From: Thalia democratica
Lineage: Eukaryota
Assembly (NCBI GenBank): GCA_965202585.1
Contig: OZ241831.1
Span: forward strand, 49,910,001 to 49,974,000
Direction: 5' to 3'
Length of the DNA stretch: 64,000 nt
Part shown: piece by piece, positions 32,925 to 45,109 of the stretch
Layout: every line of letters starts with the position of its first letter
Numbering within the stretch: the first letter of the stretch is position 1
Notes under the pieces: model-generated
What the model was told of the DNA's origin: nothing
The model's input: only the letters and a program-made list of their open reading frames with translations
Databases searched by the model: none
Made by a program: the position numbers and the translations under genes

Positions 32925-34046
32925 ATGCGGCAAGGTGGCCAAGTGCGCCAAGTCGCCAAGTCGCATTGTCTATTGATTTTATGTTGCTATAGAAATTCAT
33001 TAGAACTCATAAGAAATCAATGCGTTTCGACACTGTTTCGAGGTCGTATGTTCATCGTTTTCATAAACGCCTCTTGTTTTCTTATCGAAGTAGCTATGCC
33101 GAAGCTCGTATATATACGCGTCAGTTCGGTTGGAAGTGTGAATTTGTGTGCAAAAAGTCCAGAGAAAGAGAGCTCATATATTCGAAAAGAAGAGAATTAT
33201 GCAAATTTTCGGACACAATTTTTGAATGATTTTGAGTCTTCACCTGAAAGAGTTAGTGAAATCGACTGCGCAGAAACGAGTTTCACCGAAGGGAGTTTCT
33301 TCGACAAAGCGGCGTCCGGATTGGTTGAAATAGAGCGGGAGTGGGGCAGGCGACGGGCGTTCAAGAGGTACCTCGAGTCGCTGCTGATCCAATGCGAGAA
33401 TCTGAACAACGTCAGAAAGCACCACGAAAAGTACATCGCCGAGCAGAAGAAGTTCAAGCAGTTTTGCCGCGGCGTGGCGCTGAAGGAGGAGCACAATCGA
33501 ATGCAGAAAGTCGCTTGGGAGTGGGTTTGCAGGAAGGAGGGGGAAGCCAAGCTGGAGAACGTGTTCATCGGGTACTTTTCGTTTTTTCGAAAAATTTTCT
33601 TCGTGCTGAGCAGCTTGAGAGAAGAAGACAGGATCGCGCCCGATGGTTGTTCTGCGAAGATCAACAACGAGTTGGACGCGGCTTCGGAAGCGTTTAAAAA
33701 GTTCAGTTCGGACAACGAGTTCTTTTTGAACAACGCCGCCATCAAGCCGAACTTTTTAGTGGACGAACTGCTGGGTTATGAGATAAACGCCGGAAACGTA
33801 CGCAACTTTTTCAACCACCGTGTGGCGAACGTGAGCAACTATTCACCCGACTACGAGTTCGACGTTCGAAACATGGTCCGTTTCGTCAACGGGGAGGGCG
33901 GAATGAAGTCCATGGTGCCTGAGGTGCAGCGGGTGAGCAGGAAGCTCGCTGCAGGTAACAAATGCAAAATTTGCTTGAGTGAAGCAGAACGGGAGTTGAA
34001 TTTGCTGAACAGCAAATACGACTTTGAAAACATTAAGTTGAATTAA
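32925..34046 (+). CDS. U15, intact 373 aa
   Basis: Open from ATG to stop. Confidence 0.7.
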   Translation: MRQGGQVRQVAKSHCLLILCCYRNSLELIRNQCVSTLFRGRMFIVFINASCFLIEVAMPKLVYIRVSSVGSVNLCAKSPEKESSYIRKEENYANFRTQFLNDFESSPERVSEIDCAETSFTEGSFFDKAASGLVEIEREWGRRRAFKRYLESLLIQCENLNNVRKHHEKYIAEQKKFKQFCRGVALKEEHNRMQKVAWEWVCRKEGEAKLENVFIGYFSFFRKIFFVLSSLREEDRIAPDGCSAKINNELDAASEAFKKFSSDNEFFLNNAAIKPNFLVDELLGYEINAGNVRNFFNHRVANVSNYSPDYEFDVRNMVRFVNGEGGMKSMVPEVQRVSRKLAAGNKCKICLSEAERELNLLNSKYDFENIKLN

Positions 34047-34143
34047 AACAATAACTTTCAAAGTTTTTTTTATTTAATTAATAACTAAATTTCATCAATG
34101 ATAAGCTAAGTAAGTATTTAGATTTTTGCAATAAGAACTTATC

Positions 34144-35265
34144 ATGCGGCAAGGTGGCCAAGTGCGCCAAGTCGCCAAGTCGCATTGTCTATTGATTTTA
34201 TGTTGCTATAGAAATTCATTAGAACTCATAAGAAATCAATGCGTTTCGACACTGTTTCGAGGTCGTATGTTCATCGTTTTCATAAACGCCTCTTGTTTTC
34301 TTATCGAAGTAGCTATGCCGAAGCTCGTATATATACGCGTCAGTTCGGTTGGAAGTGTGAATTTGTGTGCAAAAAGTCCAGAGAAAGAGAGCTCATATAT
34401 TCGAAAAGAAGAGAATTATGCAAATTTTCGGACACAATTTTTGAATGATTTTGAGTCTTCACCTGAAAGAGTTAGTGAAATCGACTGCGCAGAAACGAGT
34501 TTCACCGAAGGGAGTTTCTTCGACAAAGCGGCGTCCGGATTGGTTGAAATAGAGCGCGAGTGGGGCAGGCGACGGGCGTTCAAGAGGTACCTCGAGTCGC
34601 TGCTGATCCAATGCGAGAATCTGAACAACGTCAGAAAGCACCACGAAAAGTACATCGCCGAGCAGAAGAAGTTCAAGCAGTTTTGCCGCGGCGTGGCGCT
34701 GAAGGAGGAGCACAATCGAATGCAGAAAGTCGCTTGGGAGTGGGTTTGCAGGAAGGAGGGGGAAGCCAAGCTGGAGAACGTGTTCATCGGGTACTTTTCG
34801 TTTTTTCGAAAAATTTTCTTTGTGCTGAGCAGCTTGAGAGAAGAAGACAGGATCGCGCCCGATGGTTGTTCTGCGAAGATCAACAACGAGTTGGACGCGG
34901 CTTCGGAAGCGTTTAAAAAGTTCAGTTCGGACAACGAGTTCTTTTTGAACAACGCCGCCATCAAGCCGAACTTTTTAGTGGACGAACTGCTGGGTTATGA
35001 GATAAACGCCGGAAACGTACGCAACTTTTTCAACCACCGTGTGGCGAACGTGAGCAACTATTCACCCGACTACGAGTTCGACGTTCGAAACATGGTCCGT
35101 TTCGTCAACGGGGAGGGCGGAATGAAGTCCATGGTGCCTGAGGTGCAGCGGGTGAGCAGGAAGCTCGCTGCAGGTAACAAATGCAAAATTTGCTTGAGTG
35201 AAGCAGAACGGGAGTTGAATTTGCTGAACAGCAAATACGACTTTGAAAACATTAAGTTGAATTAA
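34144..35265 (+). CDS. U16, intact 373 aa
   Basis: Open from ATG to stop. Confidence 0.7.
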   Translation: MRQGGQVRQVAKSHCLLILCCYRNSLELIRNQCVSTLFRGRMFIVFINASCFLIEVAMPKLVYIRVSSVGSVNLCAKSPEKESSYIRKEENYANFRTQFLNDFESSPERVSEIDCAETSFTEGSFFDKAASGLVEIEREWGRRRAFKRYLESLLIQCENLNNVRKHHEKYIAEQKKFKQFCRGVALKEEHNRMQKVAWEWVCRKEGEAKLENVFIGYFSFFRKIFFVLSSLREEDRIAPDGCSAKINNELDAASEAFKKFSSDNEFFLNNAAIKPNFLVDELLGYEINAGNVRNFFNHRVANVSNYSPDYEFDVRNMVRFVNGEGGMKSMVPEVQRVSRKLAAGNKCKICLSEAERELNLLNSKYDFENIKLN

Positions 35266-35362
35266 AACAATAACTTTCAAAGTTTTTTTTATTTAATTAA
35301 TAACTAAATTTCATCAATGATAAGCTAAGTAAGTATTTAGATTTTTGCAATAAGAACTTATC

Positions 35363-36484
35363 ATGCGGCAAGGTGGCCAAGTGCGCCAAGTCGCCAAGTC
35401 GCATTGTCTATTGATTTTATGTTGCTATAGAAATTCATTAGAACTCATAAGAAATCAATGCGTTTCGACACTGTTTCGAGGTCGTATGTTCATCGTTTTC
35501 ATAAACGCCTCTTGTTTTCTTATCGAAGTAGCTATGCCGAAGCTCGTATATATACGCGTCAGTTCGGTTGGAAGTGTGAATTTGTGTGCAAAAAGTCCAG
35601 AGAAAGAGAGCTCATATATTCGAAAAGAAGAGAATTATGCAAATTTTCGGACACAATTTTTGAATGATTTTGAGTCTTCACCTGAAAGAGTTAGTGAAAT
35701 CGACTGCGCAGAAACGAGTTTCACCGAAGGGAGTTTCTTCGACAAAGCGGCGTCCGGATTGGTTGAAATAGAGCGGGAGTGGGGCAGGCGACGGGCGTTC
35801 AAGAGGTACCTCGAGTCGCTGCTGATCCAATGCGAGAATCTGAACAACGTCAGAAAGCACCACGAAAAGTACATCGCCGAGCAGAAGAATTTCAAGCAGT
35901 TTTGCCGCGGCGTGGCGCTGAAGGAAGAGCACAATCGAATGCAGAAAGTCGCTTGGGAGTGGGTTTGCAGGAAGGAGGGGGAAGCCAAGCTGGAGAACGT
36001 GTTCATCGGGTACTTTTCGTTTTTTCGAAAAATTTTCTTCGTGCTGAGCAGCTTGAGAGAAGAAGACAGTATCGCGCCCAATGGTTATTTTGCAAAGATC
36101 AACAACGAGTTGGACGCGGCTTCGGAAGCGTTTAAAAAGTTCAGTTCGGACAACGAGTTCTTTTTAAACGACGCCGCCATCAAGCCGAACTTTTTAGTGG
36201 ACGAACTGCTGGGTTATGAGATAAACGCCGGCAACGTACGCAATTTTTTCAACCACCGTGCGGCGAACGTGAGCAACTATTCACCCGACTACAAGTTCGA
36301 CGTTCGAAACATGGTCCGTTTCGTCAACGGGGAGAGCAGAATGAAGTCCATGGTGCCTGAGGTGCAGTGGGTGAGCAGGAAGCTCGCTGCAGGTAACAAC
36401 TGCAAAATTTGCTTGAGTGAAGCAGAACGGGAGTTGAATTTGCTGAACAGCAAATACGACTTTGAAAACATTAAGTTGAATTAA
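35363..36484 (+). CDS. U17, intact 373 aa
   Basis: Open from ATG to stop. Confidence 0.7.
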   Translation: MRQGGQVRQVAKSHCLLILCCYRNSLELIRNQCVSTLFRGRMFIVFINASCFLIEVAMPKLVYIRVSSVGSVNLCAKSPEKESSYIRKEENYANFRTQFLNDFESSPERVSEIDCAETSFTEGSFFDKAASGLVEIEREWGRRRAFKRYLESLLIQCENLNNVRKHHEKYIAEQKNFKQFCRGVALKEEHNRMQKVAWEWVCRKEGEAKLENVFIGYFSFFRKIFFVLSSLREEDSIAPNGYFAKINNELDAASEAFKKFSSDNEFFLNDAAIKPNFLVDELLGYEINAGNVRNFFNHRAANVSNYSPDYKFDVRNMVRFVNGESRMKSMVPEVQWVSRKLAAGNNCKICLSEAERELNLLNSKYDFENIKLN

Positions 36485-36581
36485 AACAATAACTTTCAAA
36501 GTTTTTTTTATTTAATTAATAACTAAATTTCATCAATGATAAGCTAAGTAAGTATTTAGATTTTTGCAATAAGAACTTATC

Positions 36582-37703
36582 ATGCGGCAAGGTGGCCAAG
36601 TGCGCCAAGTCGCCAAGTCGCATTGTCTATTGATTTTATGTTGCTATAGAAATTCATTAGAACTCATAAGAAATCAATGCGTTTCGACACTGTTTCGAGG
36701 TCGTATGTTCATCGTTTTCATAAACGCCTCTTGTTTTCTTATCGAAGTAGCTATGCCGAAGCTCGTATATATACGCGTCAGTTCGGTTGGAAGTGTGAAT
36801 TTGTGTGCAAAAAGTCCAGAGAAAGAGAGCTCATATATTCGAAAAGAAGAGAATTATGCAAATTTTCGGACACAATTTTTGAATGATTTTGAGTCTTCAC
36901 CTGAAAGAGTTAGTGAAATCGACTGCGCAGAAACGAGTTTCACCGAAGGGAGTTTCTTCGACAAAGCGGCGTCCGGATTGGTTGAAATAGAGCGGGAGTG
37001 GGGCAGGCGACGGGCGTTCAAGAGGTACCTCGAGTCGCTGCTGATCCAATGCGAGAATCTGAACAACGTCAGAAAGCACCACGAAAAGTACATCGCCGAG
37101 CAGAAGAAGTTCAAGCAGTTTTGCCGCGGCGTGGCGCTGAAGGAGGAGCACAATCGAATGCAGAAAGTCGCTTGGGAGTGGGTTTGCAGGAAGGAGGGGG
37201 AAGCCAAGCTGGAGAACGTGTTCATCGGGTTTTTTTCGTTTTTTCGAAAAATTTTCTTCGTGCTGAGCAGCTTGAGAGAAGAAGACAGGATCGCGCCCGA
37301 TGGTTGTTCTGCGAAGATCAACAACGAGTTGGACGCGGCTTCGGAAGCGTTTAAAAAGTTCAGTTCGGACAACGAGTTCTTTTTGAACAACGCCGCCATC
37401 AAGCCGAACTTTTTAGTGGACGAACTGCTGGGTTATGAGATAAAAGCCGGAAACGTACGCAACTTTTTCAACCACCGTGTGGCGAACGTGAGCAACTATT
37501 CACCCGACTACGAGTTCGACGTTCGAAACATGGTCCGTTTCGTCAACGGGGAGGGCGGAATGAAGTCCATGGTGCCTGAGGTGCAGCGGGTGAGCAGGAA
37601 GCTCGCTGCAGGTAACAAATGCAAAATTTGCTTGAGTGAAGCAGAACGGGAGTTGAATTTGCTGAACAGCAAATACGACTTTGAAAACATTAAGTTGAAT
37701 TAA
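36582..37703 (+). CDS. U18, intact 373 aa
   Basis: Open from ATG to stop. Confidence 0.7.
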   Translation: MRQGGQVRQVAKSHCLLILCCYRNSLELIRNQCVSTLFRGRMFIVFINASCFLIEVAMPKLVYIRVSSVGSVNLCAKSPEKESSYIRKEENYANFRTQFLNDFESSPERVSEIDCAETSFTEGSFFDKAASGLVEIEREWGRRRAFKRYLESLLIQCENLNNVRKHHEKYIAEQKKFKQFCRGVALKEEHNRMQKVAWEWVCRKEGEAKLENVFIGFFSFFRKIFFVLSSLREEDRIAPDGCSAKINNELDAASEAFKKFSSDNEFFLNNAAIKPNFLVDELLGYEIKAGNVRNFFNHRVANVSNYSPDYEFDVRNMVRFVNGEGGMKSMVPEVQRVSRKLAAGNKCKICLSEAERELNLLNSKYDFENIKLN

Positions 37704-37800
37704 AACAATAACTTTCAAAGTTTTTTTTATTTAATTAATAACTAAATTTCATCAATGATAAGCTAAGTAAGTATTTAGATTTTTGCAATAAGAACTTATC

Positions 37801-38922
37801 ATGCGGCAAGGTGGCCAAGTGCGCCAAGTCGCCAAGTCGCATTGTCTATTGATTTTATGTTGCTATAGAAATTCATTAGAACTCATAAGAAATCAATGCG
37901 TTTCGACACTGTTTCGAGGTCGTATGTTCATCGTTTTCATAAACGCCTCTTGTTTTCTTATCGAAGTAGCTATGCCGAAGCTCGTATATATACGCGTCAG
38001 TTCGGTTGGAAGTGTGAATTTGTGTGCAAAAAGTCCAGAGAAAGAGAGCTCATATATTCGAAAAGAAGAGAATTATGCAAATTTTCGGACACAATTTTTG
38101 AATGATTTTGAGTCTTCACCTGAAAGAGTTAGTGAAATCGACTGCGCAGAAACGAGTTTCACCGAAGGGAGTTTCTTCGACAAAGCGGCGTCCGGATTGG
38201 TTGAAATAGAGCGGGAGTGGGGCAGGCGACGGGCGTTCAAGAGGTACCTCGAGTCGCTGCTGATCCAATGCGAGAATCTGAACAACGTCAGAAAGCACCA
38301 CGAAAAGTACATCGCCGAGCAGAAGAAGTTCAAGCAGTTTTGCCGCGGCGTGGCGCTGAAGGAGGAGCACAATCGAATGCAGAAAGTCGCTTGGGAGTGG
38401 GTTTGCAGGAAGGAGGGGGAAGCCAAGCTGGAGAACGTGTTCATCGGGTACTTTTCGTTTTTTCGAAAAATTTTCTTCGTGCTGAGCAGCTTGAGAGAAG
38501 AAGACAGGATCGCGCCCGATGGTTGTTCTGCGAAGATCAACAACGAGTTGGACGCGGCTTCGGAAGCGTTTAAAAAGTTCAGTTCGGACAACGAGTTCTT
38601 TTTGAACAACGCCGCCATCAAGCCGAACTTTTTAGTGGACGAACTGCTGGGTTATGAGATAAAAGCCGGAAACGTACGCAACTTTTTCAACCACCGTGTG
38701 GCGAACGTGAGCAACTATTCACCCGACTACGAGTTCGACGTTCGAAACATGGTCCGTTTCGTCAACGGGGAGGGCGGAATGAAGTCCATGGTGCCTGAGG
38801 TGCAGCGGGTGAGCAGGAAGCTCGCTGCAGGTAACAAATGCAAAATTTGCTTGAGTGAAGCAGAACGGGAGTTGAATTTGCTGAACAGCAAATACGACTT
38901 TGAAAACATTAAGTTGAATTAA
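37801..38922 (+). CDS. U19, intact 373 aa
   Basis: Open from ATG to stop. Confidence 0.7.
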   Translation: MRQGGQVRQVAKSHCLLILCCYRNSLELIRNQCVSTLFRGRMFIVFINASCFLIEVAMPKLVYIRVSSVGSVNLCAKSPEKESSYIRKEENYANFRTQFLNDFESSPERVSEIDCAETSFTEGSFFDKAASGLVEIEREWGRRRAFKRYLESLLIQCENLNNVRKHHEKYIAEQKKFKQFCRGVALKEEHNRMQKVAWEWVCRKEGEAKLENVFIGYFSFFRKIFFVLSSLREEDRIAPDGCSAKINNELDAASEAFKKFSSDNEFFLNNAAIKPNFLVDELLGYEIKAGNVRNFFNHRVANVSNYSPDYEFDVRNMVRFVNGEGGMKSMVPEVQRVSRKLAAGNKCKICLSEAERELNLLNSKYDFENIKLN

Positions 38923-39019
38923 AACAATAACTTTCAAAGTTTTTTTTATTTAATTAATAACTAAATTTCATCAATGATAAGCTAAGTAAGTATTTAGATT
39001 TTTGCAATAAGAACTTATC

Positions 39020-40140
39020 ATGCGGCAAGGTGGCCAAGTGCGCCAAGTCGCCAAGTCGCATTGTCTATTGATTTTATGTTGCTATAGAAATTCATTAGAA
39101 CTCATAAGAAATCAATGCGTTTCGACACTGTTTCGAGGTCGTATGTTCATCGTTTTCATAAACGCCTCTTGTTTTCTTATCGAAGTAGCTATGCCGAAGC
39201 TCGTATATATACGCGTCAGTTCGGTTGGAAGTGTGAATTTGTGTGCAAAAAGTCCAGAGAAAGAGAGCTCATATATTCGAAAAGAAGAGAATTATGCAAA
39301 TTTTCGGACACAATTTTTGAATGATTTTGAGTCTTCACCTGAAAGAGTTAGTGAAATCGACTGCGCAGAAACGAGTTTCACCGAAGGGAGTTTCTTCGAC
39401 AAAGCGGCGTCCGGATTGGTTGAAATAGAGCGGGAGTGGGGCAGGCGACGGGCGTTCAAGAGGTACCTCGAGTCGCTGCTGATCCAATGCGAGAATCTGA
39501 ACAACGTCAGAAAGCACCACGAAAAGTACATCGCCGAGCAGAAGAATTTCAAGCAGTTTTGCCGCGGCGTGGCGCTGAAGGAAGAGCACAATCGAATGCA
39601 GAAAGTCGCTTGGGAGTGGGTTTGCAGGAAGGAGGGGGAAGCCAAGCTGGAGAACGTGTTCATCGGGTACTTTTCGTTTTTTCGAAAAATTTTCTTCGTG
39701 CTGAGCAGCTTGAGAGAAGAAGACAGTATCGCGCCCAATGGTTATTTTGCGAAGATCAACAACGAGTTGGACGCGGCTTCGGAAGCGTTTAAAAAGTTCA
39801 GTTCGGACAACGAGTTCTTTTTAAACGACGCCGCCATCAAGCCGAACTTTTTAGTGGACGAACTGCTGGGTTATGAGATAAACGCCGGCAACGTACGCAA
39901 CTTTTTCAACCACCGTGCGGCGAACGTGAGCAACTATTCACCCGACTACAAGTTCGACGTTCGAAACATGGTCCGTTTCGTCATGGGGAGAGCAGAATGA
40001 AGTCCATGGTGCCTGAGGTGCAGCGGGTGAGCAGGAAGCTCGCTGCAGGTAACCACTGCAAAATTTGCTTGAGTGAAGCAGAACAGGAGTTGAACTTGCT
40101 GAACAGCAAATACGACTTTGAAAACATTAAGTTGAATTAA
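39020..40140 (+). pseudogene. U20, -1 frameshift near 39982 (gtcatgggg); C-terminus replaced by MGRAE*
   Basis: ORF ends at 40000. Confidence 0.75.
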
Positions 40141-40237
40141 AACAATAACTTTCAAAGTTTTTTTTATTTAATTAATAACTAAATTTCATCAATGATAAGC
40201 TAAGTAAGTATTTAGATTTTTGCAATAAGAACTTATC

Positions 40238-41358
40238 ATGCGCCAAGGTGGCCAAGTGCGCCAAGTCGCCAAGTCGCATTGTCTATTGATTTTATGTTGC
40301 TATAGAAATTCATTAGAACTCATAAGAAATCAATGCGTTTCGACACTGTTTCGAGGTCGTATGTTCATCGTTTTCATAAACGCCTCTTGTTTTCTTATCG
40401 AAGTAGCTATGCCGAAGCTCGTATATATACGCGTCAGTTCGGTTGGAAGTGTGAATTTGTGTGCAAAAAGTCCAGAGAAAGAGAGCTCATATATTCGAAA
40501 AGAAGAGAATTATGCAAATTTTCGGACACAATTTTTGAATGATTTTGAGTCTTCACCTGAAAGAGTTAGTGAAATCGACTGCGCAGAAACGAGTTTCACC
40601 GAAGGGAGTTTCTTCGACAAAGCGGCGTCCGGATTGGTTGAAATAGAGCGGGAGTGGGGCAGGCGACGGGCGTTCAAGAGGTACCTCGAGTCGCTGCTGA
40701 TCCAATGCGAGAATCTGAACAACGTCAGAAAGCACCACGAAAAGTACATCGCCGAGCAGAAGAATTTCAAGCAGTTTTGCCGCGGCGTGGCGCTGAAGGA
40801 AGAGCACAATCGAATGCAGAAAGTCGCTTGGGAGTGGGTTTGCAGGAAGGAGGGGGAAGCCAAGCTGGAGAACGTGTTCATCGGGTACTTTTCGTTTTTT
40901 CGAAAAATTTTCTTCGTGCTGAGCAGCTTGAGAGAAGAAGACAGTATCGCGCCCAATGGTTATTTTGCGAAGATCAACAACGAGTTGGACGCGGCTTCGG
41001 AAGCGTTTAAAAAGTTCAGTTCGGACAACGAGTTCTTTTTAAACGACGCCGCCATCAAGCCGAACTTTTTAGTGGACGAACTGCTGGGTTATGAGATAAA
41101 CGCCGGCAACGTACGCAACTTTTTCAACCACCGTGCGGCGAACGTGAGCAACTATTCACCCGACTACAAGTTCGACGTTCGAAACATGGTCCGTTTCGTC
41201 ATGGGGAGAGCAGAATGAAGTCCATGGTGCCTGAGGTGCAGCGGGTGAGCAGGAAGCTCGCTGCAGGTAACCACTGCAAAATTTGCTTGAGTGAAGCAGA
41301 ACAGGAGTTGAACTTGCTGAACAGCAAATACGACTTTGAAAACATTAAGTTGAATTAA
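40238..41358 (+). pseudogene. U21, copy of U20
   Basis: Same frameshift. Confidence 0.75.
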
Positions 41359-41455
41359 AACAATAACTTTCAAAGTTTTTTTTATTTAATTAATAACTAA
41401 ATTTCATCAATGATAAGCTAAGTAAGTATTTAGATTTTTGCAATAAGAACTTATC

Positions 41456-42577
41456 ATGCGCCAAGGTGGCCAAGTGCGCCAAGTCGCCAAGTCGCATTGT
41501 CTATTGATTTTATGTTGCTATAGAAATTCATTAGAACTCATAAGAAATCAATGCGTTTCGACACTGTTTCGAGGTCGTATGTTCATCGTTTTCATAAACG
41601 CCTCTTGTTTTCTTATCGAAGTAGCTATGCCGAAGCTCGTATATATACGCGTCAGTTCGGTTAGAAGTGTGAATTTGTGTGCAAAAATTCCAGAGAAAGA
41701 GAGCTCATATATTCGAAAAGAAGAGAATTATGCAAATTTTCGGACACAATTTTTGAATGATTTTGAGTCTTCACCTGAAAGAGTTAGTGAAATCGACTGC
41801 GCAGAAACGAGTTTCACCGAAGGGAGTTTCTTCGACAAAGCGGCGTCCGGATTGGTTGAAATAGAGCGGGAGTGGGGCAGGCGACGGGCGTTCAAGAGGC
41901 ACCTCGAGTCGCTGCTGGTTCAGTGCGAGAATCTGAACAACGTCAGAAAGCACCACGAAAAGTACATTGCTGAGCAAAAGAATTTCAAGCAGTTTTGCCG
42001 CGGCGTGGCGCTGAAGGAAGAGCACAATCGAATGCAGAAAGTCGCTTGGGAGTGGGTTTGCAGGAAGGAGGGGGAAGCAAAGTTGGAAAACGTGTTCATC
42101 GGGTACTTTTCGTTTTTTCGAAAAATTTTCCTCGTGCAAAGCAGCTTGAGAGAAGAAGACAGGATCGCGCCAAATGGTTGTTCTGCGAAGATCAACAACG
42201 AGTTGGACGCGGCTTCGGAAGCGTTTAAAAAGTTCAGTTCGGACAACGAGTTCTTTTTGAACAACGCCGCCATCAAGCCGAACTTTTTAGTGGACGAGCT
42301 GCTGGGTTATGAGATAAACGCCGGCAACGTACGCAACTTTTTCAACCACCGTGTGGCGTACGTGAGCAACTATTCACCCGACTACGAGTTCGACGTTCGA
42401 AACATGGTCCGTTTCGTCAACGGGGAGAGCGGAATGAAGTCCATGGTGCCTGAGGTGCAGCGGGTGAGCAGGAAGCTCACTGCAGGTAACCACTGCAAAA
42501 TTTGCTTGAGTGAAGCAGAACGGGAGTTGAACTTGCTGAACAGCAAATACGACTTTGAAAACTTTAAGTTGAATTAA
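41456..42577 (+). CDS. U22, intact 373 aa
   Basis: Open from ATG to stop. Confidence 0.7.
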   Translation: MRQGGQVRQVAKSHCLLILCCYRNSLELIRNQCVSTLFRGRMFIVFINASCFLIEVAMPKLVYIRVSSVRSVNLCAKIPEKESSYIRKEENYANFRTQFLNDFESSPERVSEIDCAETSFTEGSFFDKAASGLVEIEREWGRRRAFKRHLESLLVQCENLNNVRKHHEKYIAEQKNFKQFCRGVALKEEHNRMQKVAWEWVCRKEGEAKLENVFIGYFSFFRKIFLVQSSLREEDRIAPNGCSAKINNELDAASEAFKKFSSDNEFFLNNAAIKPNFLVDELLGYEINAGNVRNFFNHRVAYVSNYSPDYEFDVRNMVRFVNGESGMKSMVPEVQRVSRKLTAGNHCKICLSEAERELNLLNSKYDFENFKLN

Positions 42578-42675
42578 AACAATAACTTTCAAAGTTTTTT
42601 TTTATTTAATTAATAACTAAATTTCATCAATGATAAGCTAAGTAAGTATTTAGATTTTTGCAATAAGAACTTATC

Positions 42676-43793
42676 ATGCGCCAAGGTGGCCAAGTGCGCC
42701 AAGTCGCCAAGTCGCATTGTCTATTGATTTTATGTTGCTATAGAAATTCATTAGAACTCATAAGAAATCAATGCGTTTCGACACTGTTTCGAGGTCGTAT
42801 GTTCATCGTTTTCATAAACGCCTCTTGTTTTCTTATCGAAGTAGCTATGCCGAAGCTCGTATATATACGCGTCAGTTCGGTTGGAAGTGTGAATTTGTGT
42901 GCAAAAAGTCCAGAGAAAGAGAGCTCATATATTCGAAAAGAAGAGAATTATGCAAATTTTCGGACACAATTTTTTAATGATTTTGAGTCTTCACCTGAAA
43001 GAGTTAGTGAAATCGACTGAAAACGAGTTTCACCGAAGGGAGTTTCTTCGACAAAGCGGCGTCCGGATTGGTTGAAATAGAGCAGGAGTGGGGCAGGCGA
43101 CGGGCGTTCAAAAGGTACCTCGAGTCGCTGCTGATCCGGTGCGAGAAACTGAACAACGTCAGAAAGCACCACGAAAAATACATTGCCGAGCAGAAGAATT
43201 TCAAGCAATTTTGCCGCGGCGTGGCGCTGAAGAAAGAGCACAATCGAATGCAGAAAGTCGCTTGGGAGTGGGTTTACAGGAAGGAGGGGGAAGCCAAGCT
43301 GGAGAACGTGTTCATCGGGTACTTTTCGTTTTTTCGAAAAATTTTCTTCGTGCACAGCAGCTTGAGAGAAGAAGACAGGATCGCGCCAAATGGTTATTCT
43401 GTGCAGATCAACAACGAGTTGGACGCGGCTTCGGAAGCGTTCAAAAAGTTCAGTTCGGACAACGAGTTCTTTTTGAACAACGCCGCCATCAAGCCGAACT
43501 TTTTAGTGGACGAACTGCTGGGTTATGAGATAAACGCCGGCAACGTACGCAATTTTTTCAACCACCGTGCGGCGAACGTGAGCAACTATTCACCCGACTA
43601 CGAGTTCGACGTTCGAAACATGGTCCGTTTCGTCAACGGGGAGAGCGGAATGAAGTCCATGGTGCCTGAGGTGCAGCGGGTGAGCAGGAAGCTCACTGCA
43701 GGTAACCACTGCAAAATTTGCTTGAGTGAAGCAGAACGGGAGTTGAACTTGCTGAACAGCAAATACGACTTTGAAAACATTAAGTTGAATTAA
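42676..43793 (+). pseudogene. U23, net 4-nt deletion at the leader/core junction (gactgaaaacg)
   Basis: ORF stops at 43020. Confidence 0.8.
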
Positions 43794-43890
43794 AACAATA
43801 ACTTTCAAAGTTTTTTTTATTTAATTAATAACTAAATTTCATCAATGATAAGCTAAGTAAGTATTTAGATTTTTGCAATAAGAACTTATC

Positions 43891-45011
43891 ATGCGCCAAG
43901 GTGGCCAAGTGCGCCAAGTCGCCAAGTCGCATTGTCTATTGATTTTATGTTGCTATAGAAATTCATTAGAACTCATAAGAAATCAATGCGTTTCGACACT
44001 GTTTTGAGGTCGTATGTTCATCGTTTTCATAAACGCCTCTTGTTTTCTTATCGAAGTAGCTATGCCGAAGCTCGTATATATACGCGTCAGTTCGGTTGGA
44101 AGTGTGAATTTGTGTGCAAAAATTCCAGAGAAAGAGAGCTCATATATTCGAAAAGAAGAGAATTATGCAAATTTTCGGACACAATTTTTGAATGATTTTG
44201 AGTCTTCACCTGAAAGAGTTAGTGAAATCGACTGCGCAGAAACGAGTTTCACCGAAGGGAGTTTCTTCGACAAAGCGGCGTCCGGATTGGTTGAAATAGA
44301 GCGGGAGTGGGGCAGGCGACGGGCGTTCAAGAGGCACCTCGAGTCGCTGCTGGTTCAGTGCGAGAATCTGAACAACGTCAGAAAGCACCACGAAAAGTAC
44401 ATTGCTGAGCAAAAGAATTTCAAGCAGTTTTGCCGCGGCGTGGCGCTGAAGGAAGAGCACAATCGAATGCAGAAAGTCGCTTGGGAGTGGGTTTGCAGGA
44501 AGGAGGGGGAAGCAAAGTTGGAAAACGTGTTCATCGGGTACTTTTCGTTTTTCGAAAAATTTTCTTTGTGCAGAGCAGCTTGAGAGAAGAAGACAGGATC
44601 GCGCCCAATGGTTATTCTGTGCAGATCAACAACGAGTTAGACGCGGCTTCGGAAGCGTTCAAAAAGTTCAGTTCGGACAACGAGTTCTTTTTAAACGACG
44701 CCGCCATCAAGCCGAACTTTTTAGTGGACGAGCTGCTAGGTTACGAGATAAACGCCGGCAACATCTGCAATTTTTTCAACCACCGTGTGGCGAACGTGAG
44801 CAACTATTCGCCCGACTACGAGTTCGACGTTCGGAACATGGTCCGTTTCGTCAACGGGGAGAGCGGAATGAAGTCCATGGTGCCTGAGGTGCAGCGGGTG
44901 AGCAGGAAGCTCACTGCAGGTAACCACTGCAAAATTTGCTTGAGTGAAGCAGAACGGGAGTTGAACTTGCTGAACAGCAAATACGACTTTGAAAACATTA
45001 AGTTGAATTAA
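43891..45011 (+). pseudogene. U24, type P: CGA>TGA in leader plus -1 in the T-run near 44550
   Basis: Split 189 + 193 aa ORFs. Confidence 0.85.
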
Positions 45012-45109
45012 AACAATAACTTTCAAAGTTTTTTTTTATTTAATTAATAACTAAATTTCATCAATGATAAGCTAAGTAAGTATTTAGATTTTTGCAATAA
45101 GAACTTATC